Positions 17,894-26,796 of a DNA stretch of 32,000 bases are shown in pieces. How positions within the stretch are numbered: position 1 is the first letter of the stretch; the number at the start of each line of letters is the position of its first letter. The DNA comes from Geotalea uraniireducens Rf4. Lineage in GTDB: Bacteria; Desulfobacterota; Desulfuromonadia; Geobacterales; Geobacteraceae. A program made the position numbers and the translations under genes. The stretch spans positions 1,620,001-1,652,000 of the forward strand of contig NC_009483.1 of NCBI RefSeq assembly GCF_000016745.1, written 5' to 3'. Under the pieces are notes generated by a model, which was given only the letters and a program-made list of their open reading frames with translations, made no database searches and was not told where the DNA came from.

Positions 17894-18176
17894 AGATCAC
17901 ACGCTCCTTTCTGTGCATGTCACGGGCGGATATGACGCGGATTTTCGTTTCATCAAGCCGCAGCGTGAAGGTGACGTGCAACTGCCGATTGTCATCAGTT
18001 TTGCCCAAGGCATGAAAACGCATCTCTAGGCTGCTGTGCTGTACATCATTGACTATCAACAGCGGATCATTGAAAAATAACGGTTCCGCCTCCGCCTGGC
18101 TGACGCTGTGCTTGTCGTTTTTGCGGCAGTTGCCGTCGTCCCAGTCAAAGCCTGTTATCCGCGCGAAATCAACCAT
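17877..18176 (-). CDS. brnT: BrnT-family (DUF497) ribonuclease toxin
   Basis: 99 aa. FDWDDGNCRKNDKHSVSQAEAE..., RFHALGKTDDNR and RVISARDMHRKER match the BrnT pattern. Confidence 0.8.
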   Translation of the reverse strand: MVDFARITGFDWDDGNCRKNDKHSVSQAEAEPLFFNDPLLIVNDVQHSSLEMRFHALGKTDDNRQLHVTFTLRLDETKIRVISARDMHRKERVIYEQEA

Positions 18177-18405
18177 GAATGTATATTACCATGATATACC
18201 AGTAAGGCAAACCATTTTTTGCCGGGGGAGGAAAAGCCCTGTTGGCAGGGCCGGCAGGATGAAAAATTTGTGGAAGTATCGAGGTTGGGCATGCTATGCC
18301 ATTTGCCAAGCCCGAAAAAAATACTACACTTCTTCAGATGAGTTGATATTAATGCTCTTTGGGGGGTGAATAATTCGAAGAATCAAATGTCTATCCGTTG
18401 ACACC

Positions 18406-19791
18406 GTGGCACGCCGTTTGACAACTGCAACTATCCTCTGCTCCGTGCTGGCTTTGCTCGGCGCCTGTGTCTGCCCGACTGCGAAGGGGCCGGCCGCCGG
18501 GCGGCCACCCGCTGTCCGTGACGCGGAGATCGCTGACGTTCTCCGCCTCCCGCAGGAGATCACCCCCTATGCCGACGCCGCCGGGGAGCGGCTGGCGATC
18601 GGCGACAGCTGCCGCGCAACCCTGCTGGGCGAATTCCGGGTGCGCTTTTTTGCGCCGTGGACCCGTACTGTCCCCTTCTGCGATCCTGTCGAGGAGAAAA
18701 ACCTCATGACGAAAGTGGCGCGAGCGAACTGGTACGGGGAGAACCGGCGGATCGTGGCGCGTAAGCTTTTGCAGGAAATCCTGGACAACTGCGCCCTGGA
18801 AACCTTTCCCGCCCGCAACGAGGCGGCCATAGCCGTCGCCCCGTCTCATCTGCGCGGGCTGCCGACACGCCTCCCGCTCTTCGGGGCACCGGATGACTAC
18901 CCCTTCGACATGCTCCAGTACCCCAACGTAAAGCTGAACGAACCGCTCCGTATACTCCATGCCTCGCGCGACGGGATCTGGCTCTATGTGGAGACCTCGT
19001 ACACCTGCGGGTGGATGGAGGCCCGGGACCTGGCGTTGGCCGACCCGGGCTTCGTCACCGCCCGGATGAAGCTCCCGCACCTGGTGATCGTCCGTGATTA
19101 CACCGCTGTCAACGACGGCAAGGGGGGGACAAGCTACGGGGCCAAGATCGGCACCATCCTCCCGCTTGTTGCCGCGGGCGAAGGGTGGTGGGAGGTGGAA
19201 GTAGCTGCGGCGGGTGAGGGGCGCAAGGCCGTCGGCAACGTGGCACGGATTCCCCGTGCGGTGGCCGCCCTGCACCCCTTGGCGTTCAACCGGGAAAACG
19301 TGGCCCTGATCGGCAATCAGCTGACAGGGCAGCCCTACGGTTGGGGGGAGATGTACGGCCTGAGGGACTGTTCGGCAATGCTACGGGACTTTTTCATGCC
19401 TTTCGGGATCTGGATGCCGCGCACCGCTGTCGATCAGATCGCCTCCATCCGCCAGCGGCTGGATCTGTCGGGCTTCACGCCGCGGGAGAAGGAGGAGGCG
19501 ATCGGGCGGCAGGGGCTCCCCTTTCTCAGCCTGTTCTTCAAGCCGGGCCACATCATGCTCTACATCGGCACGGACCCGGAGGGACGGCCGCTGGTGTTCC
19601 ACAACGCCTGGTCAATCCGGGTGAAGGATGCCGCCGGTGCGGGGCTGCACCACATCGGCAGGGCGGTCATCACCACCCTGGAACCGGGAAAGGAACTGGG
19701 GCTGGTGGAGGGAGGGTCGTTACTGGAGCAGGGGACCGCTCTGGCGACCATCACCGGCCGCTGCGCAGCCGCGCCAGGCGCCGTAAAATAA
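18406..19791 (+). CDS. NlpC/P60-family cell-wall endopeptidase lipoprotein with N-terminal and SH3-like domains
   Basis: 461 aa with a GTG start. Lipobox LLGAC. Catalytic-Cys context RDCSAMLRDFF and His context GHIMLYIG. The domain order resembles YkfC-type gamma-D-glutamyl-L-diamino acid endopeptidases. Confidence 0.8.
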   Translation: MARRLTTATILCSVLALLGACVCPTAKGPAAGRPPAVRDAEIADVLRLPQEITPYADAAGERLAIGDSCRATLLGEFRVRFFAPWTRTVPFCDPVEEKNLMTKVARANWYGENRRIVARKLLQEILDNCALETFPARNEAAIAVAPSHLRGLPTRLPLFGAPDDYPFDMLQYPNVKLNEPLRILHASRDGIWLYVETSYTCGWMEARDLALADPGFVTARMKLPHLVIVRDYTAVNDGKGGTSYGAKIGTILPLVAAGEGWWEVEVAAAGEGRKAVGNVARIPRAVAALHPLAFNRENVALIGNQLTGQPYGWGEMYGLRDCSAMLRDFFMPFGIWMPRTAVDQIASIRQRLDLSGFTPREKEEAIGRQGLPFLSLFFKPGHIMLYIGTDPEGRPLVFHNAWSIRVKDAAGAGLHHIGRAVITTLEPGKELGLVEGGSLLEQGTALATITGRCAAAPGAVK

Positions 19792-19812
19792 TCGCAGAAA
19801 ACGGGAGGGTCT
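19661..19812 (+). repeat. direct repeat copy 1 (3' end of the NlpC/P60 gene plus 21 nt downstream)
   Basis: 19661-19686 matches 23731-23756 at 25 of 26 positions. 19735-19812 aligns with 23757-23832 at roughly 85 percent identity with one 1-nt indel. Confidence 0.85.
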
Positions 19813-20028
19813 ACATTCTTCGTGCGGCCGGGCAAGGTTGCATAGTCCAGCGGGTGGGAAGTGGGAAGCCCGCCCCGGAGGAATACATGGGGAATAAAGA
19901 TTTGACTCTCTTTTTGTGCAACTCAACAACTCAACTACATCCCCTTATTTCTCCGTTGTCTTCGTAATTTGGTGGGTTTCTCGCAAAAACAAAACTGGAT
20001 TTGCCGATTAATGGAATGCCCGTATTTT

Positions 20029-20916
20029 TTACTCCCCCCTAATCACAGTTTCTGCGGAAGAGACTGAATCCATTACTTCCCTTACCACTTGGGCGAACGC
20101 CATTGCTTGTGGCGCATTCACGCTGTCTTTATGCCGGATCAGGTTGATAGTGGCTATCCCTTCACGCTGCGGAAAGTCGCGCATATGAACATATGGTGCA
20201 ATGTGATCTCTGGTTACTAACCGTTCCGGCAACACAGTTACTCCGACACTTCCAATCGCACAGGCCAGGACGGTATCAACGTTGAGGAGATTGAGATGCC
20301 TTGAGCTCACTATTCCCATGAACTGAAAGGCATCAATCATGGCTTGTCTATAAGGGCAGGTGGAGGAAAAAACGAGCGAAGTAACATCATTGTCGTCGAT
20401 GGGATAATCAGGTGCATAAACCATCACAAGTTTCTGTGGCCATGAATATTCCGTGATGAGTTCAGAATTTCCTACCGGAATTTCGAGAAGTCCATAGTCC
20501 ATAGAGTGGTCCAGCAAGCTATTAAGGAGTCTCTTTCCGAAGAGAGTTTTGACTGTGACGTAAACTTTAGGAAACCGAGCATGATACGTCCTTAGTATCT
20601 TTGGCAGATACGCAGAAGCAACAGTCTGTGTCACGCCGATGGTCAGCGGACCCATAACATTGTCCATTTGCAGAGCCTGGAATGCCTCGCGCGATAGCCG
20701 GATTATCCTGTTGGCATGCTCATAGAATTGCTTACCGTAAGATGTCAAAGTTACGTCCCGACTATTACGGTAAAAGAGTTGAACGCCGAGTTCTTCCTCA
20801 AGTTTTTTGATACGCGCCGTAACGTTTGGCTGGACGCAGTTCAGTTTTTTGGAGGCTGCGGTAAAACCTTGCTCGTTGGTGACAGCCAGAAAAATGTGCA
20901 GATCACTCAATTCCAT
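20029..20916 (-). CDS. LysR-family transcriptional regulator
   Basis: 295 aa. The N-terminal HTH reads LHIFLAVTNEQGFTAASKKLNCVQPNVTARIKKLEEELG. The substrate-binding domain follows. Confidence 0.85.
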   Translation of the reverse strand: MELSDLHIFLAVTNEQGFTAASKKLNCVQPNVTARIKKLEEELGVQLFYRNSRDVTLTSYGKQFYEHANRIIRLSREAFQALQMDNVMGPLTIGVTQTVASAYLPKILRTYHARFPKVYVTVKTLFGKRLLNSLLDHSMDYGLLEIPVGNSELITEYSWPQKLVMVYAPDYPIDDNDVTSLVFSSTCPYRQAMIDAFQFMGIVSSRHLNLLNVDTVLACAIGSVGVTVLPERLVTRDHIAPYVHMRDFPQREGIATINLIRHKDSVNAPQAMAFAQVVREVMDSVSSAETVIRGE

Positions 20917-21481
20917 ATGTAACTATCCTCCAATCAAAGGATTCTATCACAACGCTATGGTTGCATGATATCCGAAAGGAGGGCATGCACATGGCTGCCT
21001 CTTCCTTGAATTTCTTCGTGTAGAACTGCTGTGGTGTAAGTTCTATTCGGACATTTCCCGTGGGCTCTAATCTACTGCTTTTGGTGTCCATTACCAGTGA
21101 GCTGGAATAGGAGAGAAGCACCTCCTGCCATTATCTCAAACTTTGTTTGGTATAGATCCGATTTCCATATCCATAACTCAGAATGATTAAAGCTATCATA
21201 ATTAAGTATTTGCAATGATGGGTCGAAAGAATATATTTTATCATAAAACGGTATTTGATTCAAGCTAACACATCTATTGCTAGCAGATAAATTCAAATAA
21301 AATCAAATTGTTACGAAGTCATTTTGGGGCATTGTAAGAAGTTTTTGGAAACCATCATAAATTAAAGGAGGTTTCAAATGTCAAGAGGGCGCGTTGAATA
21401 TGGAAATGGGCAGTTTTCACAGGAGTAACAATAAAGTCATCAAGCTCTTGAAGGAACTATTTCTCACAAAAGGAGTAAAAA

Positions 21482-22690
21482 ATGTCTTTGCCATCCTGCG
21501 TAATCCTCAACTATACTCCAAAGCAAGAACTCTTCAACAGGATTCATAAGTTTCAAAAATTGTTGATCAAGAATTGCATAAACGGAGCTTTAATCGTACA
21601 AAAGGCTGACTTGTTTTATTTTAGCGGGACTTGCCAAAATGCACATCTTTTTATTCCGGATGAAGGTGAGCCTCTTTTAATGGTTAAGAAAAGTTTTGAA
21701 AGAGCTCAAGCTGAAAGCAGCATTAATAATATTATTCCGGTACAAAGCCTCGAAGAAATACCTAAAAACATTTTTAGTCAATTTAAGAGACTAGACAAAA
21801 TTGGGATAGAAATGGATGTCTTGCCGGCAAACATATATATAAAATATAAAAGCGCGTTTCAACCTTCAGAGTTAGTAGATGTTTCGATGTTAATTCGTGA
21901 AATTAGATCAATAAAATCAACGTATGAGCTTGATAAGTTAAAAAAAGCTGCAAATCTTAATTTTGCAATGTTTTCCAAGGTGTCTAGTATTTTAAAAGAA
22001 GGAATACGAGAAATCGATCTTGCTGCTCAATTGGAGGCAGTATATCGGGTTGGGGGCCATCAAGGTGCTATCAGAATGAGGGCATTTAACCAAGAAGTCT
22101 ACTATGGACATATTTTGTCGGGATGGAATTCGGCTTATCCAAGTTTTTTTGGCGGCCCTACAGGAGGAACTGGCGTTAGTCCCGCTTATCCGCAAAGTGC
22201 AGGTTTTAAAACAATAAACAAAAACGAGCCGATAAAAGTGGATTATGTTGGTGTTTGTGACGGTTACATGGTAGATCAAGCAAGAATATTCTGCATAGGC
22301 AATCTGCCGGAAAAACTTATCAAGGCTCACGAAATTGCAATTAAAATAAAAAATCATATTATTAAAGAAACACGACCAGGCATGAACGGAAAAGACCTAT
22401 ACAATATGGCTTATAACATTGCTGTTGATTCTGGTAACAAGGATTATTTCATGGGATATACTGAAGATAAAATCAATTTCATTGCTCATGGGATCGGGGT
22501 TGAATTGGATGAATTACCATTAATAACCCAAAGTACTGATGTAACTCTTAAACCGGGCATGGTATTTGCCGTTGAACCTTCATTTATTTTCCCAAATGAA
22601 GGAGCGGTTGGTGTTGAAGACACTATGGTTCTAACAGCTACAGGATTTGAACAAATTACTTACTTTGATGACCCAATTACTTATTCCTGA
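21482..22690 (+). CDS. M24-family metallopeptidase (Xaa-Pro peptidase/creatinase-like)
   Basis: 402 aa. Creatinase-type N-domain followed by a pita-bread domain carrying DYVGVCDGYMVDQAR, HGIGVELDE and VFAVEP...GVEDT metal-ligand contexts. Strongly AT-rich codon usage. Confidence 0.8.
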   Translation: MSLPSCVILNYTPKQELFNRIHKFQKLLIKNCINGALIVQKADLFYFSGTCQNAHLFIPDEGEPLLMVKKSFERAQAESSINNIIPVQSLEEIPKNIFSQFKRLDKIGIEMDVLPANIYIKYKSAFQPSELVDVSMLIREIRSIKSTYELDKLKKAANLNFAMFSKVSSILKEGIREIDLAAQLEAVYRVGGHQGAIRMRAFNQEVYYGHILSGWNSAYPSFFGGPTGGTGVSPAYPQSAGFKTINKNEPIKVDYVGVCDGYMVDQARIFCIGNLPEKLIKAHEIAIKIKNHIIKETRPGMNGKDLYNMAYNIAVDSGNKDYFMGYTEDKINFIAHGIGVELDELPLITQSTDVTLKPGMVFAVEPSFIFPNEGAVGVEDTMVLTATGFEQITYFDDPITYS

Positions 22691-23072
22691 TCCCTCTGTA
22701 TAAGACGGCATAAATATGAAGGTGCTGGAAATTGGAGACATCCATCTAATAGCGGTCCCGGCAGAGCTGCTTCTTAACCCTGTCAGGTGGCAACGTCGCG
22801 ACCAGCACAACATTGAAAAACATATCTGGTTTCTGTCCGGAAAGGGTGCTTTTTTGCCCTGACTTGTGTCAATCTGCGGGTTTGCTTGTGCGGCGTACCG
22901 ATGTACGCCTCCGCGCAACCCCTTGATTTTCTTGCCAGGACAAAAAATCCCCGCTTTCCGAATCAGAAACCAATAGTTTCTCATCCGGGGTTTCCGGATG
23001 GAAACTATCTGGCTTATAACAGCGGATGATGTTGCCGTCAGTTCCCGTGAATTTATGAGTGAAAAGATCAAT

Positions 23073-23483
23073 ATGCGATCTATACAGAATGATTGCTGCG
23101 AGGAATACATCTCAATCGGTGAACTTGCCAAGACCGTTGGAATCACAACCAGAACGCTCCGCTACTACGAAGAGGTTGGAATAATTGAAACACCACGGCG
23201 CTTTGGTGGCGGAGCCAGGAGCTATTCCGCAAGTGAAGTCCGCAAGCTCATGTTTATTCTCAAACTGAAGGAACTGGGCTTGACAATCAAGGAGATGCAG
23301 GATCTAGATGCTATCTATGCCGAAGCGATGGAGACCGACAAGGTCATCCCTCATCTGATTGAGATGCTTGACTTTCATACAAATAGGCTTGACGAAAAAA
23401 TATCAGTTATGGCATCACTGCGCAAGGAGATGGTGCACTACCGTCAGCGCATGATCGTATGTTTTCAGCTGAATATAAAGTAG
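23073..23483 (+). CDS. MerR-family transcriptional regulator (start uncertain: 22998, 23055 or 23073)
   Basis: ISIGELAKTVGITTRTLRYYEEVGII is a MerR HTH, followed by a coiled-coil dimerisation helix. No convincing SD precedes any candidate start. Confidence 0.7.
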   Translation: MRSIQNDCCEEYISIGELAKTVGITTRTLRYYEEVGIIETPRRFGGGARSYSASEVRKLMFILKLKELGLTIKEMQDLDAIYAEAMETDKVIPHLIEMLDFHTNRLDEKISVMASLRKEMVHYRQRMIVCFQLNIK

Positions 23484-23730
23484 TTTCCTCTAAGAAACCT
23501 TGCCTTCTTTGACCATGAGGCCTTTGCTGACAATCATCGCTGGGCCTCTTGTTATTGCTATTTAGAAAGCCTTGCGAGCAAATATAGGGCCTTTTGCTTG
23601 CCCACCCCCTAGAATTGGTGCCGGATGCCGCAAACAACCTCGCTCCTCGCCTCCCTATCAATAGTGTTAATAAAAAGATGTACCCGGAATTCCCTGCGAG
23701 ATTTCGCCTGGTTCGATTGTCAACATTAAC

Positions 23731-23832
23731 GGGCGGTCATCACCACCTTGGAACCGACCACTCTGGCGACCATCACCGACCGGTGCGCAGGTGCGCCAGG
23801 CCCCCGCAAAATAATTGCAGAAAACAAGGGGG
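23731..23832 (+). pseudogene. relic second copy of the NlpC/P60 gene 3' end (direct repeat copy 2)
   Basis: Reads AVITTLEP-TTLATITDRCAGAPG, against AVITTLEPGKELGLVEGGSLLEQGTALATITGRCAAAPG in the intact gene. It lacks 48 nt (16 codons) and the original stop. It has no N-terminal part. Confidence 0.75.
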
Positions 23833-23983
23833 GTAATCCGTGTAAATCCGTTCGATCAGATTTGATCCGCGTTCTATTGCTTCTCGGTTTTGGTTTCTAT
23901 TTCCGTACTTATCTTACCGAACATTTTTTAATTTATAATCCTATGGGTCTCCATTTTTTTGCCATTTGTGATAAGATAATTAT

Positions 23984-24814
23984 ATGAAATCATTGCGCTT
24001 TGCCATAGTAATACTCATTGTAATGCTCCTTGCCGCTCATGTCGATGCCAAGGTGAAGGTCAAGTCGCTCTGCGGGGTTCACTATCCGAGCGATGCCCGT
24101 ATCGAGTGGCAATGCCGGAAACTGAAGTGGACGGACACGCCCGAAAAGCTTTTCGGCGAGCAGTGGCAGGACGTGCTCCGTTTTAATCGTCTTGACCGGC
24201 GCCATTTCATCGGCAACATATCGATCAAGGTGCCGAAACGCATGGAAGATATCAAGGATTTTACGCCGCTGCCCGCAACGTACCCGGACGCTGCCGAGGA
24301 GGAGAAATTCATCCTGCTCGACCAGTCCGAGATGTTCCTGGGAGCCTATGAATACGGCGAACTTGTCTTCTCTTTTCCCGCGGCGGTCGGCATCGCGGGG
24401 CACCGGGTGCCGAACGGCGAATTCAGGATCGACGCGGCCGACCGCAAACACATATCGAACCTCTACACCATCGAGGAAATCGGTCGCCGCTATCCGATGC
24501 ACTACGCACTCCGGTTTTATGTGGACAAGCGTGCCAAAGGCTGGACGTCCTACTTCATCCATGGCCGCGACATCCCCGGCTACCCCGCCTCCCACGGCTG
24601 CATCGGCCTCTACGATGAGGAAATGCAGCTGGAGTATTACGGCGCCTATGACAGGAAGGTGAACAGGCCGTATTACCACGAGTTGAAGCCCCCGTTCCTC
24701 GAAGGCGCCAAGAAGCTCTACCTCTGGGTTATCGGCTCCCGTCACGACCCGGGAGGGTTCCACAAGATCAGCAACGGTCCGCGGATGTTGATCGTCGGCA
24801 CCCCACCGTTGTAA
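23984..24814 (+). CDS. L,D-transpeptidase (YkuD domain) with signal peptide
   Basis: 276 aa. Signal MKSLRFAIVILIVMLLAAHVDA. Catalytic motif YFIHGRDIPGYPASHGCIGL. Confidence 0.8.
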   Translation: MKSLRFAIVILIVMLLAAHVDAKVKVKSLCGVHYPSDARIEWQCRKLKWTDTPEKLFGEQWQDVLRFNRLDRRHFIGNISIKVPKRMEDIKDFTPLPATYPDAAEEEKFILLDQSEMFLGAYEYGELVFSFPAAVGIAGHRVPNGEFRIDAADRKHISNLYTIEEIGRRYPMHYALRFYVDKRAKGWTSYFIHGRDIPGYPASHGCIGLYDEEMQLEYYGAYDRKVNRPYYHELKPPFLEGAKKLYLWVIGSRHDPGGFHKISNGPRMLIVGTPPL

Positions 24815-24840
24815 GGGCAAGGTCAGATAGGAGAAAATCG

Positions 24841-24954
24841 ATGAATAAAACTACGAGGAGAGAAGCTCTCGGACTGCTGGGCGTCGCCACTGGGGCCGCA
24901 GTGATGGGAACACTCTTCAACGGAAAGCGTCCGCCGCAAAAGAACGTGTTTTGA
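24841..24954 (+). CDS. 37-aa twin-arginine (Tat) signal-only peptide or truncated remnant
   Basis: AGGAG lies 8 nt upstream of the ATG. MNKTTRREALGLLGVATGAAVMG is a canonical Tat signal (RRxxLG plus h-region). The ORF stops 14 aa later. Confidence 0.4.
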   Translation: MNKTTRREALGLLGVATGAAVMGTLFNGKRPPQKNVF

Positions 24955-25016
24955 TATAAGGGGACAGGCTGGTTTGAGGTTATCCGCCAATAACGTCCAA
25001 GAGGTGCTCACAATCC

Positions 25017-25193
25017 CTATTTACATCGCATAAAAGACCCTCTTTCGATCAACTTGGCAACCCTCTGTGTTTCTACCTCCCCATCAACATCATGTCCCGC
25101 CGGTTTTTTCTTTTGGCCTTTAAACAACCTGTTCAAGCATTCGACTATGACATTTCCAACTGACCCGTGTGATATTAATCTGATCGTGCCCAT
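25017..25193 (-). CDS. 58-aa hypothetical protein (below the ORF-track cutoff)
   Basis: A strong SD, GAGGAGGAAG, lies 4 nt upstream of ATG 25193. Translation: MGTIRLISHGSVGNVIVECLNRLFKGQKKKPAGHDVDGEVETQRVAKLIERGSFMRCK. No family recognised. Confidence 0.35.
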   Translation of the reverse strand: MGTIRLISHGSVGNVIVECLNRLFKGQKKKPAGHDVDGEVETQRVAKLIERGSFMRCK

Positions 25194-25415
25194 TACTTCC
25201 TCCTCTCTTGTTTAACGCTGTCTGTAGCCAGACGATCCCCATTTTTATTGAGTTGATAAACCAGACTGAAAAGGTGTAATGCATGTTTCGTCAAAAAAAA
25301 GAGAAACTTTAATTTATTTTATTAGGTATGACAAATTGCCCGTAATTCATGCGGAGGCGATTGCGTTTGCGGAGATGAGGAGGGGGGGTAAAGGTTCTGT
25401 TTATAGGCGTATTCC

Positions 25416-26069
25416 TTATGCCAATGGCCGTCGATGCCGATCAATCCAGTATCCCCACAATATAAAGAGCCACTGGGACTGCCCCACCCAGGCCAGCGCG
25501 GACACGTTCGGTGGCGGCGGGCCGAAAAGATTTCCCAGGTAAATAACGAGGAGAAACCCGATCAGCAGCCATAACGACCATTTTCCGGTTCTGTCCATTG
25601 CTTTGGTCTGTCTCAGATATATTGCCACGCCGACGGCGAAAACAAACAGCTCGACAACAAGTGTTCCGGGTAACGAAGACCAGAGGTCAAGGCCAACCTT
25701 GATGGTGCTGCCGGGGGATAACGGCAGGTCAGGGCGATGGACGATGAGGTCGAGAAACCAGTGGCTCATCACGAGCAGCCCGGCAACGATGGCGCCACGG
25801 GGATACCTTGTTATGACCTGGTAGACCAGTGCGAACAGCAAGGCCCAGCCGGTTACCGCCAGGAGGCTGTGGGATATGGGGTAATACTCGAAATCTAGTG
25901 GTGTAACCCTGGTGATGCCGGGCGCAATGCGGACACGCTCGGCACCCATGAGCAGAAGGGAAGGCCAGAGAAGGTCTATGAACTGAGAGGCAAGAAAGAG
26001 GGTTCCGAGTGATGTTTTGGGTGCCGCCGCCTTAGCTCCGAATCCAGCGCCGAAATGGCCAATGAACAT
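25416..26069 (-). CDS. polytopic membrane protein, possibly YdjM/DUF457-like membrane-bound metal-dependent hydrolase
   Basis: 217 aa and about 6 TM helices. His-containing motifs MFIGHFGAG, YYPISHSL and SHWFLDLIVHRPD. Confidence 0.55.
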   Translation of the reverse strand: MFIGHFGAGFGAKAAAPKTSLGTLFLASQFIDLLWPSLLLMGAERVRIAPGITRVTPLDFEYYPISHSLLAVTGWALLFALVYQVITRYPRGAIVAGLLVMSHWFLDLIVHRPDLPLSPGSTIKVGLDLWSSLPGTLVVELFVFAVGVAIYLRQTKAMDRTGKWSLWLLIGFLLVIYLGNLFGPPPPNVSALAWVGQSQWLFILWGYWIDRHRRPLA

Positions 26070-26153
26070 GGGTTGGTTCCTTTATTATTGCCTGATAAGC
26101 ATGAATATAGGGATTTGTCCTATGTCCCGGGCAGACACCTATGCCACTCCCGA
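26032..26153. repeat. direct repeat A1 (5' end plus upstream region of the membrane-protein gene)
   Basis: 26032-26086 is identical (55/55) to 26948-27002. After a 28-nt insertion or a 29-nt insertion, depending on placement (about 26087-26115), 26116-26153 matches 27003-27040 with a few mismatches. Confidence 0.9.
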
Positions 26154-26186
26154 ATTGGGTCCGGATCATCGACACCGAGGAACAGG

Positions 26187-26561
26187 CTACTGCTTTGGGA
26201 AATACCGCACGCCGGGGAGGCTTCGGAAATGCTCATCCTGGGTCCAGAGGGTCGCATCATGAAGTCGGGTCGTCGCCAGAATGATGCTGTCGGCCATGGG
26301 AAGCGCCAGCTCCAGGCTCGTACGTGCGGCGATCATTGCCAGGGACGGCGATAGCTCCACCGATCTTCCCTGCTGCATAAGGGCTGCCGCCTGCAAGGCC
26401 GCATCTTCTCCGCGCTGGCGGCAGACTACCTTGAACACCTCATAGATGGTGATAGTCGGGACAATGAGTGATGCCCGGTCAGCGAGAGGGAGAGCGAATT
26501 CCCCCGCATTCGGACCGTCCGCGAAAAATTCCAGCCAGGCGGAAGAATCTACTACATTCAT
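26187..26561 (-). CDS. vapC: PIN-domain ribonuclease toxin VapC
   Basis: 124 aa. The acidic PIN residues sit in VVDSSAW, YEV, ADSII and TQDEHF. There is a 4-nt overlap with the upstream antitoxin gene. Confidence 0.85.
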   Translation of the reverse strand: MNVVDSSAWLEFFADGPNAGEFALPLADRASLIVPTITIYEVFKVVCRQRGEDAALQAAALMQQGRSVELSPSLAMIAARTSLELALPMADSIILATTRLHDATLWTQDEHFRSLPGVRYFPKQ

Positions 26562-26764
26562 ACGCGGTCCGATTCCCGCTCGACGGTGGTATCAATCCCC
26601 TTCAAAAACCCGCGCATATCGGCGATGTCCCTCTCCGGGATCAGCTCAATCCGGTTGCCGTAGGCAACCACCTGCATCCGCTGGCCGGCCACCAAGCGTA
26701 ACTTTTCCCGGACCTCGCGGGGAATGACAACCTGGAATTTCGGGGAAATTTTCACTGCTTCCAT
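26558..26764 (-). CDS. vapB: AbrB/SpoVT-fold antitoxin VapB
   Basis: 68 aa. KISPKFQVVIPREVREKLRLVAGQRMQV is a swapped-hairpin AbrB/MazE-type DNA-binding motif. Confidence 0.8.
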   Translation of the reverse strand: MEAVKISPKFQVVIPREVREKLRLVAGQRMQVVAYGNRIELIPERDIADMRGFLKGIDTTVERESDRV

Positions 26765-26796
26765 TACACACCCCTTGTCGATCTTAATTTCGTAAA

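Noticed and set aside
19809-19821. 13-nt identity GTCTACATTCTTC shared with 27279-27291 (islet boundary versus the FRG hairpin)
   Set aside because: Several chance 13-mer matches are expected when a 32-kb window is compared with itself on both strands. There is no extended similarity on either side.
13203-19967. Large alternative-frame ORFs over queH, rtcB, dbpA and the NlpC/P60 gene (e.g. 13453..14187, 15289..15966, 16597..17520, 18391..19275, 19341..19967)
   Set aside because: Each overlaps a gene with strong family signatures in another frame or strand, and none has a recognisable domain.
20903-21296. Two 72-74-aa minus-strand ORFs in the AT-rich LysR-peptidase intergenic region
   Set aside because: No SD, low-complexity sequence, and one overlaps the LysR start. 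They are probably chance ORFs in AT-rich DNA.
22631-23146. 171-aa minus-strand ORF and a 48-aa + strand ORF (from about 22726, MKVLEIGDIHL...) between the peptidase and MerR genes
   Set aside because: The minus ORF overlaps both neighbouring genes and has no motifs or SD. The short + ORF resembles only the first few residues of metallophosphoesterases and stops early. At best it is an unprovable gene fragment.
23990-24820. 276-aa minus-strand ORF exactly mirroring the L,D-transpeptidase gene
   Set aside because: The + strand product has a signal peptide and the YkuD catalytic HGC motif. The mirror ORF has no motifs and is a GC-driven shadow frame.
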